Virus record (IMG/VR): IMGVR_UViG_3300006174_000002
Span: 1-57,675 of that record
Source of the DNA: a virus
Lineage: Duplodnaviria; Caudoviricetes
DNA: 57,675 bases
Direction: 5' to 3' (one strand)
Shown: piece after piece, positions 10,455-19,412 of the stretch
Position numbering within the stretch: position 1 is the first letter of the stretch
How the letters are laid out: every line of letters begins with the position of its first letter
Notes under the pieces: model-generated
Databases searched by the model: none
What the model saw: only the letters and a program-made list of their open reading frames with translations
What the model was told of the DNA's origin: nothing
Position numbers and translations under genes: made by a program

Positions 10455-10663
10455 TCACGAAAGCAGCCATCATCCAACTGGTGGACGAATTGCGCCAATT
10501 GCGCGAACGTCCCGTGCCGAACGCCCCCAAAGGGTTGCCGGCCGCCGCGGTCAACGCGGACAACACCAGCGAAGGTAAGTACTGGGACGAATGGCTCACA
10601 GACCCGGGCATTTTGCATGGCGTGACGGGTACAGGCAATGGACCTATAATTGGACGCGGATAA
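10451..10663 (+). CDS. hypothetical protein
   Basis: ATGA-coupled to the portal gene. Confidence 0.55.
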   Translation: MITKAAIIQLVDELRQLRERPVPNAPKGLPAAAVNADNTSEGKYWDEWLTDPGILHGVTGTGNGPIIGRG

Positions 10664-10664
10664 T

Positions 10665-11450
10665 ATGCAGACTCCGGATTTTACATCAGCGGTGCGCAGC
10701 CAACTCAATAGCACGAATGCTAACGAGTTGGCCGCACGCATGAATCCGTCGATCTCGCCCCTCACTTTCAACCCGACGCCCGGCTCACAACGCTGGACGC
10801 TGGGCTATACCGCCGGCTCCACGTTGCCCAATGCGGCACTCAACGCCGGCCTACTGCGTCCTTTACGTCCTCTGATGGATAACCTCGGCAACAACCACAT
10901 GCGCGCCGGCCTTATGGGTGCCGGCCTCGGCGCGGCGGCCGGAGCCGTCACATCCACCGTGGCGGGCGGTGACCCCACCCGCGGCGCGGCCGTAGGCGCC
11001 GGTCTCGGCGGTGTTGGATCCCTCCTGCTCAGCATGTACGCCCGGCGCAAGATGCTCAATGCTCCGTACTTTCAGGAGCCCCTGCCCGAAGTGCCGCATC
11101 AGAAGTCTGCTTTCTATGGGGTGATGTCGCAGGACGGCTCGGATATTGAAGACCGCGTGATGGCTGACAACAGCCTGAACTACATGGACAAGACCACTCT
11201 GCTGCGCTTTGTGAACGGGCTGAATCCCGAACGCAAGTCCAGCCTGTCTCGGTTCATCGGCCCGATGGCAGGTGCTGGTGTGGGGATAGCAGTCGCGCGC
11301 TTCCTCTTGAAGCTCGGCATTGGCGGTACGGCGCTGCTTGCCATCGTCGGCGCGACGCTCGGCCACAACCTGACGTCTGGCCAGTCCAATGCGTTTGGGC
11401 AGCGTGTGAGCCCGATGACCGACATGTTTGGCCAGCCCCGATACGTTTAA
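10665..11450 (+). CDS. Gly-zipper-rich putative virion protein
   Basis: GAGLGAAAGA-type hydrophobic segments, KSAF motif. Confidence 0.65.
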   Translation: MQTPDFTSAVRSQLNSTNANELAARMNPSISPLTFNPTPGSQRWTLGYTAGSTLPNAALNAGLLRPLRPLMDNLGNNHMRAGLMGAGLGAAAGAVTSTVAGGDPTRGAAVGAGLGGVGSLLLSMYARRKMLNAPYFQEPLPEVPHQKSAFYGVMSQDGSDIEDRVMADNSLNYMDKTTLLRFVNGLNPERKSSLSRFIGPMAGAGVGIAVARFLLKLGIGGTALLAIVGATLGHNLTSGQSNAFGQRVSPMTDMFGQPRYV

Positions 11451-11454
11451 TTTT

Positions 11455-12000
11455 ATGAAACCGGAAACTGAAGCTTTTCAACGGGGCGTTAATATCGCGT
11501 TGATGTCACACGGTCGGTCGCCTGGCGAGTTGACCAAGATCGCCGCGGTCGCGCACCGTATGGCCAGTCCCGACGCCGTGCCGGCCAAGCGCTTGGTCGT
11601 CAAAAGCGCCCATGACGTGATGTGCTTCTGCGGCGATGAATTCTCCGCTCCGGCCCAGCACCTCAAGATGATCCACGAACTTCCCGGCTGGTCAGCCCAC
11701 GCTGAGGACGTGTACGGCACGGTGGTCAAATCCTGCGCTGTCGCCGAGTGTCTGGAAAAGCATGCCTTTGCGGACGCAGCCGAAGGTATCGGCAGTCTGG
11801 CTAAAGGCGTCGGTTACACAGGTGTGCTTGGTGGCGCGGGGCTCGGCGCGCTCTACTGGATGCTGTCACGCCACGCGTCACAGGGCACGGCTGATGTTGA
11901 ATCGAAGAAGCACCAGTTGGCGTACTACAATCAATTGAATCACGAACTGCAGGAATCCATGCGGAATAAGTATCCGTATAACGCGGAGGCTAGAGCTTGA
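11455..12000 (+). CDS. putative virion protein
   Basis: KIAA, KSAH and EKHAF motifs, then a Gly-rich hydrophobic helix. Confidence 0.65.
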   Translation: MKPETEAFQRGVNIALMSHGRSPGELTKIAAVAHRMASPDAVPAKRLVVKSAHDVMCFCGDEFSAPAQHLKMIHELPGWSAHAEDVYGTVVKSCAVAECLEKHAFADAAEGIGSLAKGVGYTGVLGGAGLGALYWMLSRHASQGTADVESKKHQLAYYNQLNHELQESMRNKYPYNAEARA

Positions 12001-12389
12001 AGGTAGAGACCCGATCCGCTATGCCGATGGGGTACGGCGTTCCGACGATCAAGCCGAACAAGTCGGCGACCACACCAGGGGGTAAGGAACAGGTCATCTC
12101 GGTGGACGGTCTGGAAGAGTGGTTGGACACACCCACCATCCCGGATCAACTTGATACCCCGGAGTTCTGGAAATCCGATGGCATTGAGGCGAAGCTGTTC
12201 GATGTGAGTAACGCGGAAGACCTGAAGATGTACAACGACCTGCTGTCCAAGGTGGACATGCCGAACTCCAATGTGTTCTTTCGGGAGCACAAGGTGGAGG
12301 CGTTCCAAGCGCAGGGCACCTGGAAAGTGTTTGTATTGATTCAGAAGGTCAAGTTTCGTAAGCTGATCGTTAAGAAAGACACCAAATAA
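11997..12389 (+). CDS. hypothetical protein
   Basis: 130-aa coupled ORF, start may be ATG 12021. Confidence 0.65.
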   Translation: MKVETRSAMPMGYGVPTIKPNKSATTPGGKEQVISVDGLEEWLDTPTIPDQLDTPEFWKSDGIEAKLFDVSNAEDLKMYNDLLSKVDMPNSNVFFREHKVEAFQAQGTWKVFVLIQKVKFRKLIVKKDTK

Positions 12390-12393
12390 TTTT

Positions 12394-13671
12394 ATGGCCA
12401 CCAAGTTCGCAGGTACTGATTGGAATACCGTGTTACGGATGCTCGGCGGCGGCGCAATGCTCGGCGCTGGCACCGGCGCTGCGGTCACCTTCGCCAACCA
12501 CCTCCGCGAACTCCAGGAAGGCGCCAAACCGCCCGGCGGTGGCGACGACACCCTTTACCTCGATCTGCCCGGCAAACGTCCCCAGCCCAAGCAGGCCTCA
12601 TCCAACGGTAACAACGCCACGACCTTCGCCTACTCAGGTCTCGCCGGCATGGCCGGCACGGCCCTAGCCTACAACGCCGTCCGTAGCATCTACAATCGGC
12701 AGCGCAAGAAAGAACTCGATAACGAGTTGGCGCAAGCTCACCACGTGTATCTGCAGGGCAATGCTGATGCGAAGTCGGCCAGCCAGTACTCCATCCCCAC
12801 CAAGATGGTCGGCACGGGATACCTCGCTTTTCTGATGACTGCCCTCGGCTCCGCCGTTGTTGCCAACAAGATGTTGCAGAAACGCTTTCCGCCCATCCAG
12901 AGCCCCACCGTCGGCCAGCCGAAGAAGATCGTCGTCCGTACCGTGGATCCCGAGACCCGTCAGCCCTACCCTAAAGACGAGGTAAGTCCCGACGCTATGG
13001 AAGGCGTTGTGCGGTCGCAGATGGCCGATACGAAGATGGCGTCGCACAACGATGTCGTCACGGTTGTCAGTGCCTTGGCATCCGGGCGCGTCTCGGAAGT
13101 CAAAGAACTCATCAAGTCTGCCGGCGTCGACGGAATGCTCGCCGCCGTCAAAGGTGCCAACTGGCGCAACACCAACCCGGTGGAACGGAATCTGGCTATC
13201 ACTCTGCTTTGTACCGACGGTCTCTTGAAGGAAGCCTTGGCCCCGATGGTCGCCGCGGAGTTCTTCAAATCCGCGACTTGGACCTTCTCCATCCTGCCGA
13301 CTCTCAATGACCACCAGCGTGAGCATTTGACCGGGTTGGTCGAATCGTCCACTCAGGCTGTCCGCGAGGCTGCCTTGGCCCCGCTGATGTCGAAGCTGGC
13401 CGCCTCGGACGAGAGCATCAAGAAGGCTGAAGAGCTTTCAATCTCGCCGCTGAAAACTTTGTTCGTTGCCGGCGCGCTGACGTCCATCCTGGACAAGCCG
13501 AAGACACAGAATGGGGATGTGGAGGAGCAGGCACGGCGCGACACGGCCGAGGGTCAGGATTCTCCGTCGCAGCACCATGGCGGCATTGCTCTTGAAACGG
13601 ATGACGACAACGCCACCGAGTTTGTGAAGAAGCACATGGCTGAAATTGACAAAGCGCGTGCCGGGCAGTAG
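12394..13671 (+). CDS. putative virion protein with repeated K-x-A motifs and Gly-rich helices
   Basis: KFAG, KQAS, KSAS, KMAS, KSAG, KSAT, KLAA, KKAE and three hydrophobic segments. Confidence 0.7.
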   Translation: MATKFAGTDWNTVLRMLGGGAMLGAGTGAAVTFANHLRELQEGAKPPGGGDDTLYLDLPGKRPQPKQASSNGNNATTFAYSGLAGMAGTALAYNAVRSIYNRQRKKELDNELAQAHHVYLQGNADAKSASQYSIPTKMVGTGYLAFLMTALGSAVVANKMLQKRFPPIQSPTVGQPKKIVVRTVDPETRQPYPKDEVSPDAMEGVVRSQMADTKMASHNDVVTVVSALASGRVSEVKELIKSAGVDGMLAAVKGANWRNTNPVERNLAITLLCTDGLLKEALAPMVAAEFFKSATWTFSILPTLNDHQREHLTGLVESSTQAVREAALAPLMSKLAASDESIKKAEELSISPLKTLFVAGALTSILDKPKTQNGDVEEQARRDTAEGQDSPSQHHGGIALETDDDNATEFVKKHMAEIDKARAGQ

Positions 13672-13674
13672 GTT
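13646..13674 (+). promoter_or_regulatory. leaderless sigma70-like promoter
   Basis: TTGACA-17-TAGGTT-5 nt-ATG. Confidence 0.65.
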
Positions 13675-13679
13675 CAGGG

Positions 13680-14201
13680 ATGGGCGCCATTCCAGCACAC
13701 TACATCCTACAACCAGACGGATCGTACTCCGCTCCGCCGAAACGCAAGGCTACGTGGCCACCACCGGCCCAGCAAGTACCCCTCAAGTCGCCCCTCAAGC
13801 GTCACGGCAAGTATAACGTCTCTGCCCCCGCGGAGCGTACCGTGGACGGCATCACCTTTGACTCGAAGCTCGAAGCGAAAGCCTACACTCTTCTGAAGCA
13901 GTACGGCCAGGTGTTCCAGCACCACCAAGTGTTCGAGTTGCAGCCGGCGTTCAAGCTGGGCGACACGGATCACCGAGCCATCAACTACGAGAGCGACTTC
14001 GTCCTTACTCACCCGGACGGTCGGCGTTTTGTCGTGGATATTAAGGGTCTCGAAACTGACATATTTAAAATCAAGCGCAAGATGCTGGCATACCGCCATC
14101 ACATTGTTGTGCACTGCATCAAGTCCCTGAAGGATTTGACCAAATTCCTGTACGACAACGGTCTTGTCGGTCCAGGGCTACACACTGACCATAATGGATA
14201 A
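13680..14201 (+). CDS. DUF1064-family PD-(D/E)xK nuclease
   Basis: DGITFDSKLEA, Q.FELQP, YESDF, VVDIKG..T..FKIKRK. Confidence 0.8.
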   Translation: MGAIPAHYILQPDGSYSAPPKRKATWPPPAQQVPLKSPLKRHGKYNVSAPAERTVDGITFDSKLEAKAYTLLKQYGQVFQHHQVFELQPAFKLGDTDHRAINYESDFVLTHPDGRRFVVDIKGLETDIFKIKRKMLAYRHHIVVHCIKSLKDLTKFLYDNGLVGPGLHTDHNG

Positions 14202-14373
14202 AGATGACGCAGTTAAATTTCTGAAGCAGTTGAGTGACTCTCAACTACACGATGCACTAAGTGAGGTCTTCGATAAATGGCGTCCGCGCGACTATGCCGG
14301 CGCATGTGACGACTACGGTTTCCCGACAAATGGCGCCGAGTTGGCCGTGATCAAACAAATACTCTGTGGCTGA
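14194..14373 (+). CDS. hypothetical protein
   Basis: Small overlapping ORF. Confidence 0.5.
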   Translation: MDKDDAVKFLKQLSDSQLHDALSEVFDKWRPRDYAGACDDYGFPTNGAELAVIKQILCG

Positions 14374-14569
14374 AAAGAACCCTCTGCCCGATAATTGCTA
14401 TTGGCGTCTAGGGCATCGCACCTTCCCATGGAGTCCTAAACCATTGTGGGATGTGTGGCGTATTACCTCCGCCGGACTTAGCCAGCGTATAGGCAGGGCA
14501 CCAACGCTCCGAGACGCTAAACAGCAAGCCCGTGACTTCCTGAATGCTGAAAGCCGACGCCCGCACTAA
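14366..14569 (+). CDS. hypothetical protein
   Basis: Small overlapping ORF. Confidence 0.5.
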   Translation: MAEKNPLPDNCYWRLGHRTFPWSPKPLWDVWRITSAGLSQRIGRAPTLRDAKQQARDFLNAESRRPH

Positions 14570-14873
14570 AGACATCCTCGACCGCCTCCGCCCTCCCGTA
14601 GCCACCATCACTAAGCCGTACGCCGGCCGGGCCAGCACCATGCCCATACAGCAACTGGTTGCCAACCCGCTGCGGAACGCCGTAAACGCCACCCTCGGTC
14701 TGCAGCTCGACGAAGCTGAGTTCCGTCGCTGGGTGAAGTTTGAAAGTGCACCACGCGGCGTCGACATTAAGATCAACCATGTAATGTTAGCCGAGGCCCG
14801 GAGCGCAGCACCTGAGTGGGTGTTCGCGTTGCTCTGGTGCTTCTATCCCAACTATGCCCCACATTTCGAATGA
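14544..14873 (+). CDS. hypothetical protein
   Basis: 109-aa ORF. Confidence 0.55.
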   Translation: MLKADARTKDILDRLRPPVATITKPYAGRASTMPIQQLVANPLRNAVNATLGLQLDEAEFRRWVKFESAPRGVDIKINHVMLAEARSAAPEWVFALLWCFYPNYAPHFE

Positions 14874-15040
14874 CTGAATACGACGAAGACAACTCCGCAG
14901 ATGAACCCCTCAAAGTGAATGACGACGTCGTCACTTACTGCCCGCTCTGTGAGGCGGTGGAAGACTGTACCGTGTTAAAAGTGAACGGCTCGGTCATTAC
15001 CCTCGGCTGTGCCAACAACCATAAATTTACTAATCAATAA
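14870..15040 (+). CDS. small Zn-ribbon protein
   Basis: CPLC...C..NH, ATGA overlap. Confidence 0.55.
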   Translation: MTEYDEDNSADEPLKVNDDVVTYCPLCEAVEDCTVLKVNGSVITLGCANNHKFTNQ

Positions 15041-15042
15041 CC

Positions 15043-15855
15043 ATGACACCTGAACAAACCGCTATCCAATTCAACAAAGTCCTCGATACCATCAGTTTCC
15101 ACGTCCAGAACGAATCCCTCCGTAAACAGCTGATCGACTTCCTTTCCCAGCCCCACATCAAGTCCCGGCTGCTCACTGCGCCGGCGGCCTCTGGGCATCA
15201 TCAAGCCGAGCCGGGCGGTCTGCTCGACCACACCTTGGATGTACTGCACCTCGGCATCAACATGCTTGAGTTCCTCATCAAGGAGCTCTCGTTGAGCGAT
15301 CCGAAACAGCGGTTCGAAGACCTGGTGGTCTCCATCGTCCTGCACGACATCAGCAAGGTGGGGGATCCGCTGGGCCGTAACTGCTATGTGCCCAATATGA
15401 TCAAGGCCGGCAAGAAGGACGGCACGCTGGTGCAGTCGGAGAAGAAACCGTACGTGAAGGACAAGAGTGCGTTCCAGCTAGGTCGTGCAATTAACGGCTT
15501 TTGGAACACGTTCAAGTCTGGAGCCTTTGCACCGACGACGGTCAGCTACGCGGCGTTCGACACGGCGCCCAACATGCTCGCCGCGGTCGGCGACTTCATG
15601 GACCGCAATATAGACGCGGTACGCGAGGGCGAGCTTTCCCTGCTTCTGGTGAATTCCATCAGCCCGGGGCTTTACCACTTGCTGAACGACACGGTCAAGT
15701 TTGCCGTCAGGTACCATGATGGAGCGTACTGTGGTAATCGGTACGCGCTGGCCGGCAAGGAGACCCCGGTGCAGTTTGTGCTCCATACGGCGGACATGAT
15801 CTCCAGCCGGAAGAACCGGTGGCTCAAACCGGCCGAGGTGGACGAATCGGAGTAA
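15043..15855 (+). CDS. HD-domain phosphohydrolase (YhaM-like)
   Basis: APAASGHHQAEPGGLLDH, LHDISK, YHDG, LHTADMIS. Confidence 0.85.
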   Translation: MTPEQTAIQFNKVLDTISFHVQNESLRKQLIDFLSQPHIKSRLLTAPAASGHHQAEPGGLLDHTLDVLHLGINMLEFLIKELSLSDPKQRFEDLVVSIVLHDISKVGDPLGRNCYVPNMIKAGKKDGTLVQSEKKPYVKDKSAFQLGRAINGFWNTFKSGAFAPTTVSYAAFDTAPNMLAAVGDFMDRNIDAVREGELSLLLVNSISPGLYHLLNDTVKFAVRYHDGAYCGNRYALAGKETPVQFVLHTADMISSRKNRWLKPAEVDESE

Positions 15856-15866
15856 AAACTAGCCCG

Positions 15867-15905
15867 CGCCGGCATGTAAACGGTCAAACGGTTTACATGC
15901 CGGCG
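15867..15905. repeat. perfect 15-bp inverted repeat
   Basis: CGCCGGCATGTAAAC-9 nt-GTTTACATGCCGGCG. Confidence 0.85.
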
Positions 15906-15919
15906 GCCGGCGCCGAGAC

Positions 15920-16140
15920 CCAAATAAGGTCAAATGTAGCAAAAACTGTAGTCGGCTCGTGAGACGTTTTTTCGACAACGAAATAATTAACGTTAAATAG
16001 TGTACACAAATTGGACATGACTACAGTTCTGACTACAAGTTTAGTGTACATTTTCTGTAACCTGTAGTATGTGTCGATTTCGCAAGTCGTTGATAATGGT
16101 CCTGTATCCCGTGGCACATTTATACCACACTTTCGTATTG
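15920..16140. other. AT-rich non-coding region with short repeats (candidate origin or control region)
   Basis: AACTGTAGTC/GACTACAGTT inverted pair, TGACTACA x2, TAGTGTACA x2, IHF-consensus match at 16083..16095 on the - strand. Confidence 0.45.
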
Positions 16141-16175
16141 ACCAGCAAAGGCCTAGCAAATAGGCTGTGGAACAA

Positions 16176-16628
16176 ATGAGCTTCAGATCGAATATTAAAG
16201 GCGGCTCGCCATTCTGTCGCTGCGGTCTGCCGCGCCGCAAGGGTGGCTACGACTGCCTCAAGTGTCACCGAGACACCCTCTGTATCAGTCGGAAGATCCA
16301 AAAGCTCACCCCGGCCCAGAAAGAACGGTACGTGCCCAAGAAGGTGCCGGTGCCCCGCCAGCCGCGCGCCGGCCGCCAGCCGCGTCCCAGCGTGCACGTT
16401 GACATTGAGGCTGCGCTGGCCCCTGTCTGGCCAGCCATCGACACGGTGCTGAAGTACGCGGAGGCGTTCCCCATAGGGGTGGCACTACAGGCTAGGACCG
16501 AGGACACGATCAACGCGCTGCTACGTCCCCGGGGTCTCGGTTACCGGTTTCGGTGGACGGCAGATGGACAGGTCAAACACACGGTCTTTAACACACGGAA
16601 TCCCAATAACAAAAAACTGATAAAATGA
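16176..16628 (+). CDS. basic Cys-containing hypothetical protein
   Basis: CRCG...CLKC. Confidence 0.6.
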   Translation: MSFRSNIKGGSPFCRCGLPRRKGGYDCLKCHRDTLCISRKIQKLTPAQKERYVPKKVPVPRQPRAGRQPRPSVHVDIEAALAPVWPAIDTVLKYAEAFPIGVALQARTEDTINALLRPRGLGYRFRWTADGQVKHTVFNTRNPNNKKLIK

Positions 16629-16984
16629 TAGCTCGTATCGCTCCCAATTACATCATCCTCACCGCGCAGGAAGCCTGCAATCTGGCACCCCACAAATGGG
16701 CCATGCCGCCGAAAGACGCGATTGCGCTCCTGAAGCCAGGCCACATGGTCAAGCTCGTGGTGGACGCTCCGGAGGTCCATAAGGCCGAGGCCATTTGGGT
16801 GGCCATCCTGACTCGTAAGCGTGCCAAGTTCGTCGGTACCGTCTGGACTGACCCGCCGCCGCGCCGCACCCACTACCACGGCATCATCCCCGGCGACATC
16901 ATCAATTTCGAGGTCAAGCACGTCCTGGATATTGCATTCGAGGTGAAGACCGAGAAGCAACCGAAGGGTGTGCGCATTATATGA
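16625..16984 (+). CDS. DUF2314-like hypothetical protein
   Basis: VKL...EAIWV...FVGT...P...GDIINF...HVLD pattern. Confidence 0.55.
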   Translation: MIARIAPNYIILTAQEACNLAPHKWAMPPKDAIALLKPGHMVKLVVDAPEVHKAEAIWVAILTRKRAKFVGTVWTDPPPRRTHYHGIIPGDIINFEVKHVLDIAFEVKTEKQPKGVRII

Positions 16985-17538
16985 TTTGGATTGATCTCGA
17001 TGGCGTACTTGTCAATTTCCAAAAGGGCGCCTGCAAGGCCCTCGGCATCCCATACCCAGAGCGGGACATTTATACACATGGTTGGCTGGCTTCGAAGTTG
17101 CCTGACATTCCGCTGCACAAGCAGTTTGAAATCATGCACCAGAACCCGACGTTCTGGGAGGACCTGGAACCGTCTCGGACATGCGCCGCGATGGTCTCGC
17201 ACTTGGATCACCATCACCCCGGTTGGGGCCTGCTGACCTCTGCCTGGCGTCGTAACGCTGCCAGCTACTCCGGCAAGTACAACTGGGTACGCCGACACCT
17301 CGGCGAGGATTACCTGGAGAAGCTGGTGGTAGCCAGTGGTAACAAGTGGCGACTGGCCCATCCGAACGCACACTTGACCGATGACGAGCTCCCACGGGTG
17401 TTACAGCCTTGGCTGGACGCCGGCGGCAAGGGATTTCACTGGGTGTGCTACACGGAGGATCAGGTGAGTAATTATGCGATCCAGTTTGCCCGGTGGCAGC
17501 AGGATTTGGAACAGTTTGCACAATCACATGGAAAATAA
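16981..17538 (+). CDS. HAD-family 5'(3')-deoxyribonucleotidase
   Basis: IDLDGVLVNF, FWEDLEP, LLTS, K.NWV, LTDD. Confidence 0.8.
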   Translation: MIWIDLDGVLVNFQKGACKALGIPYPERDIYTHGWLASKLPDIPLHKQFEIMHQNPTFWEDLEPSRTCAAMVSHLDHHHPGWGLLTSAWRRNAASYSGKYNWVRRHLGEDYLEKLVVASGNKWRLAHPNAHLTDDELPRVLQPWLDAGGKGFHWVCYTEDQVSNYAIQFARWQQDLEQFAQSHGK

Positions 17539-17809
17539 TCACAATTGGGGAGCTCGAACCATCAATACCGGATCACCATTTGAGCAGGGTATGGTCATTG
17601 ACGAGGACTCACCCGCGAACATCGCTGTGGTGTACGATTCGAAACACACGAAGTTGCTGGCAGCTGCCCCGGAGTTATTACGTACATTGGAGAGCGCTAT
17701 AGCCTGTATTGAATCATCTTACGACGAGGTAACTGAAGCCACGCGAGATGCTATGCGTCATGATGTGTGCAGTTATCTAGGCGTCGTCAATGACGCAAAA
17801 GGTCTATGA
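17528..17809 (+). CDS. hypothetical phage protein (LAAAPELL motif)
   Basis: Motif common in small phage proteins. Confidence 0.6.
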   Translation: MENNHNWGARTINTGSPFEQGMVIDEDSPANIAVVYDSKHTKLLAAAPELLRTLESAIACIESSYDEVTEATRDAMRHDVCSYLGVVNDAKGL

Positions 17810-17991
17810 AATACAAAGGTTTTACCATCAAGAAGATTGATTACCAGGACTGCGACAATTATCAGGTAATCACACCCAGAGGTGACGTTTGGGCTGACTT
17901 GGCGTCGAACACTGCCATTGCGAAAAAGTGGATTGACTGTCATATACATGAACAACTCAGAAATGCACCCATTACAAAAGCTGTTAACTGA
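17806..17991 (+). CDS. hypothetical protein
   Basis: ATGA-coupled. Confidence 0.55.
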   Translation: MKYKGFTIKKIDYQDCDNYQVITPRGDVWADLASNTAIAKKWIDCHIHEQLRNAPITKAVN

Positions 17992-18232
17992 AGCTGGCTG
18001 CGGAGGCTGCTACGATAATCATGAGCAGACGGAGCCGTCCACATATTGCGATGGTTTCATCAAGGCGGAAACGTTGAAGAACGCCAAGTTGGAATACGAT
18101 GCGCTTGACGCGGTGGCAAAGGCTGCTGCTGCGTTATACGATCCGCGACTTGCTCTGGGTGAGTACTATACGCACAAAACACTGCTTCAGGCTCGGCTGG
18201 CAGAGCTTGCTGCAATTCGAAGTAACGCATGA
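17963..18232 (+). CDS. hypothetical protein
   Basis: ORF whose TGA overlaps the tnpB ATG, start uncertain. Confidence 0.55.
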   Translation: MHPLQKLLTEAGCGGCYDNHEQTEPSTYCDGFIKAETLKNAKLEYDALDAVAKAAAALYDPRLALGEYYTHKTLLQARLAELAAIRSNA

Positions 18233-19350
18233 ACAATTCCAGCGCCGCAATCCCTCACGTTAACGGTGTGTTAGGTGCACCTGTAGAAACTGTGGCTTGC
18301 TGTTTTAAAACTTTGATTTCCGATGAGTTTGCTCATGGTCTTTCAAAGATGGAAATACAATGCCGATCCGCTGTTGAACGTATGCTGCTTGCCCGCAACG
18401 AAACCTCATCTAAATTCTACAAGGAAGTTCCCTGCGTCGTGGCCAAGAGCTTGGTCGCAAAATATCAACGTAACCCGAAATGCAAGTCAGTCAAACGTAT
18501 TGTGATTCCAGTTTGTGGTGACAAAGGGAAGCAGATCAAGCTGGTACCGGGTGGCGTGCGTATTCCAGCATTATTCAAGAAAGCAGTAATTCCAGTGTTC
18601 TGGCCTCGTCCGATAGCGGGTCATGTGCGCAGCGTTGAGATCTTTCAGCGTAGAGGTAGGTGGTTTGCTAACTTCTGTGTCAATGTCGCTACCGCCCCGG
18701 CCGTGAAAGCTACTGGCGTTATCGGCGTCGACCGAAACAGTGTCGGTAACGTAGCAGTCATGGCTGACCCGATGACGGGGCACGTTAGGCACATGGGTTT
18801 CAATCCGGCACGTACAAAGGCATGCTGGCGGAACCGAAAGAAGAATTTGCAGAAACAGGGTAAGCGTCGTCTCCTGTCGAAGCTGAATAAAAACCATGCA
18901 CGACGCTCAACATACCAAAATCACGTTGTCAGCAAGACAGTCGTGGAATACGCCAAAACACATTCTCGTGCTATTGCGTTGGAAAAGTTGTCCGGGGTTA
19001 ATGCCAAAGGCTCAAAGATTCGTTCCTACTCGGAACGTAATCAGTGGGCGTTTGCACAACTCGCCGGCTTCATCCAATACAAGGCACGGCTTGCAGGTGT
19101 AACCGTAGTGGAAGTCGATCCGGCTTATACAAGCCAGACCTGCTCTCGCTGCGGCCATATCCATAAACCGAACGGAAAGTTGTTCAGTTGCCCGGCTTGC
19201 AGACACGAAGACCATCGAGATTCAAACGCGGCGTTCAACATTGGACGTCGAGGACTTGATTGCATCGGTGGATTAGCGACTCACACAGCGCGGAGTCGTT
19301 CGGGTCTAATTGATAGCCCCGCATCTGGGACATTGGAGACTAAAATATGA
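18229..19350 (+). CDS. tnpB: TnpB RNA-guided nuclease (IS200/IS605 family)
   Basis: RuvC-I IGVDRN, RuvC-II ALEKL, YTSQTCSRCG...CPAC zinc ribbon, RuvC-III HRDSNAAFNI. Catalytic D/E/D are intact. Confidence 0.92.
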   Translation: MNNSSAAIPHVNGVLGAPVETVACCFKTLISDEFAHGLSKMEIQCRSAVERMLLARNETSSKFYKEVPCVVAKSLVAKYQRNPKCKSVKRIVIPVCGDKGKQIKLVPGGVRIPALFKKAVIPVFWPRPIAGHVRSVEIFQRRGRWFANFCVNVATAPAVKATGVIGVDRNSVGNVAVMADPMTGHVRHMGFNPARTKACWRNRKKNLQKQGKRRLLSKLNKNHARRSTYQNHVVSKTVVEYAKTHSRAIALEKLSGVNAKGSKIRSYSERNQWAFAQLAGFIQYKARLAGVTVVEVDPAYTSQTCSRCGHIHKPNGKLFSCPACRHEDHRDSNAAFNIGRRGLDCIGGLATHTARSRSGLIDSPASGTLETKI

Positions 19351-19396
19351 CAAACCCAATCAAACAGAATCCCGCCGTTCACGGTGGGAGTATCAA
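18234..19396 (+). mobile_element. non-autonomous IS200/IS605 (IS1341-like) element, tnpB only
   Basis: Right end is GAAT + hairpin CCCGCCG-TTCA-CGGTGGG + TCAA. The left end has CAAT + a related degenerate hairpin 15 nt inside a TGAA target. No tnpA in the window. Confidence 0.8.
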
Positions 19397-19412
19397 ACCC
19401 AGACTTGAATCC
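19250..19412 (+). ncRNA. predicted TnpB omega/reRNA (guide starts about 19397, ACCCAGACTTGAATCC)
   Basis: By family rule it overlaps the tnpB 3' end and the right end. The 5' boundary is a guess. Confidence 0.55.

Noticed and set aside
18229-19350. Cas12f/type V CRISPR effector
   Set aside because: No array nearby, and IS200/IS605 end structures flank the ORF, so TnpB fits better.
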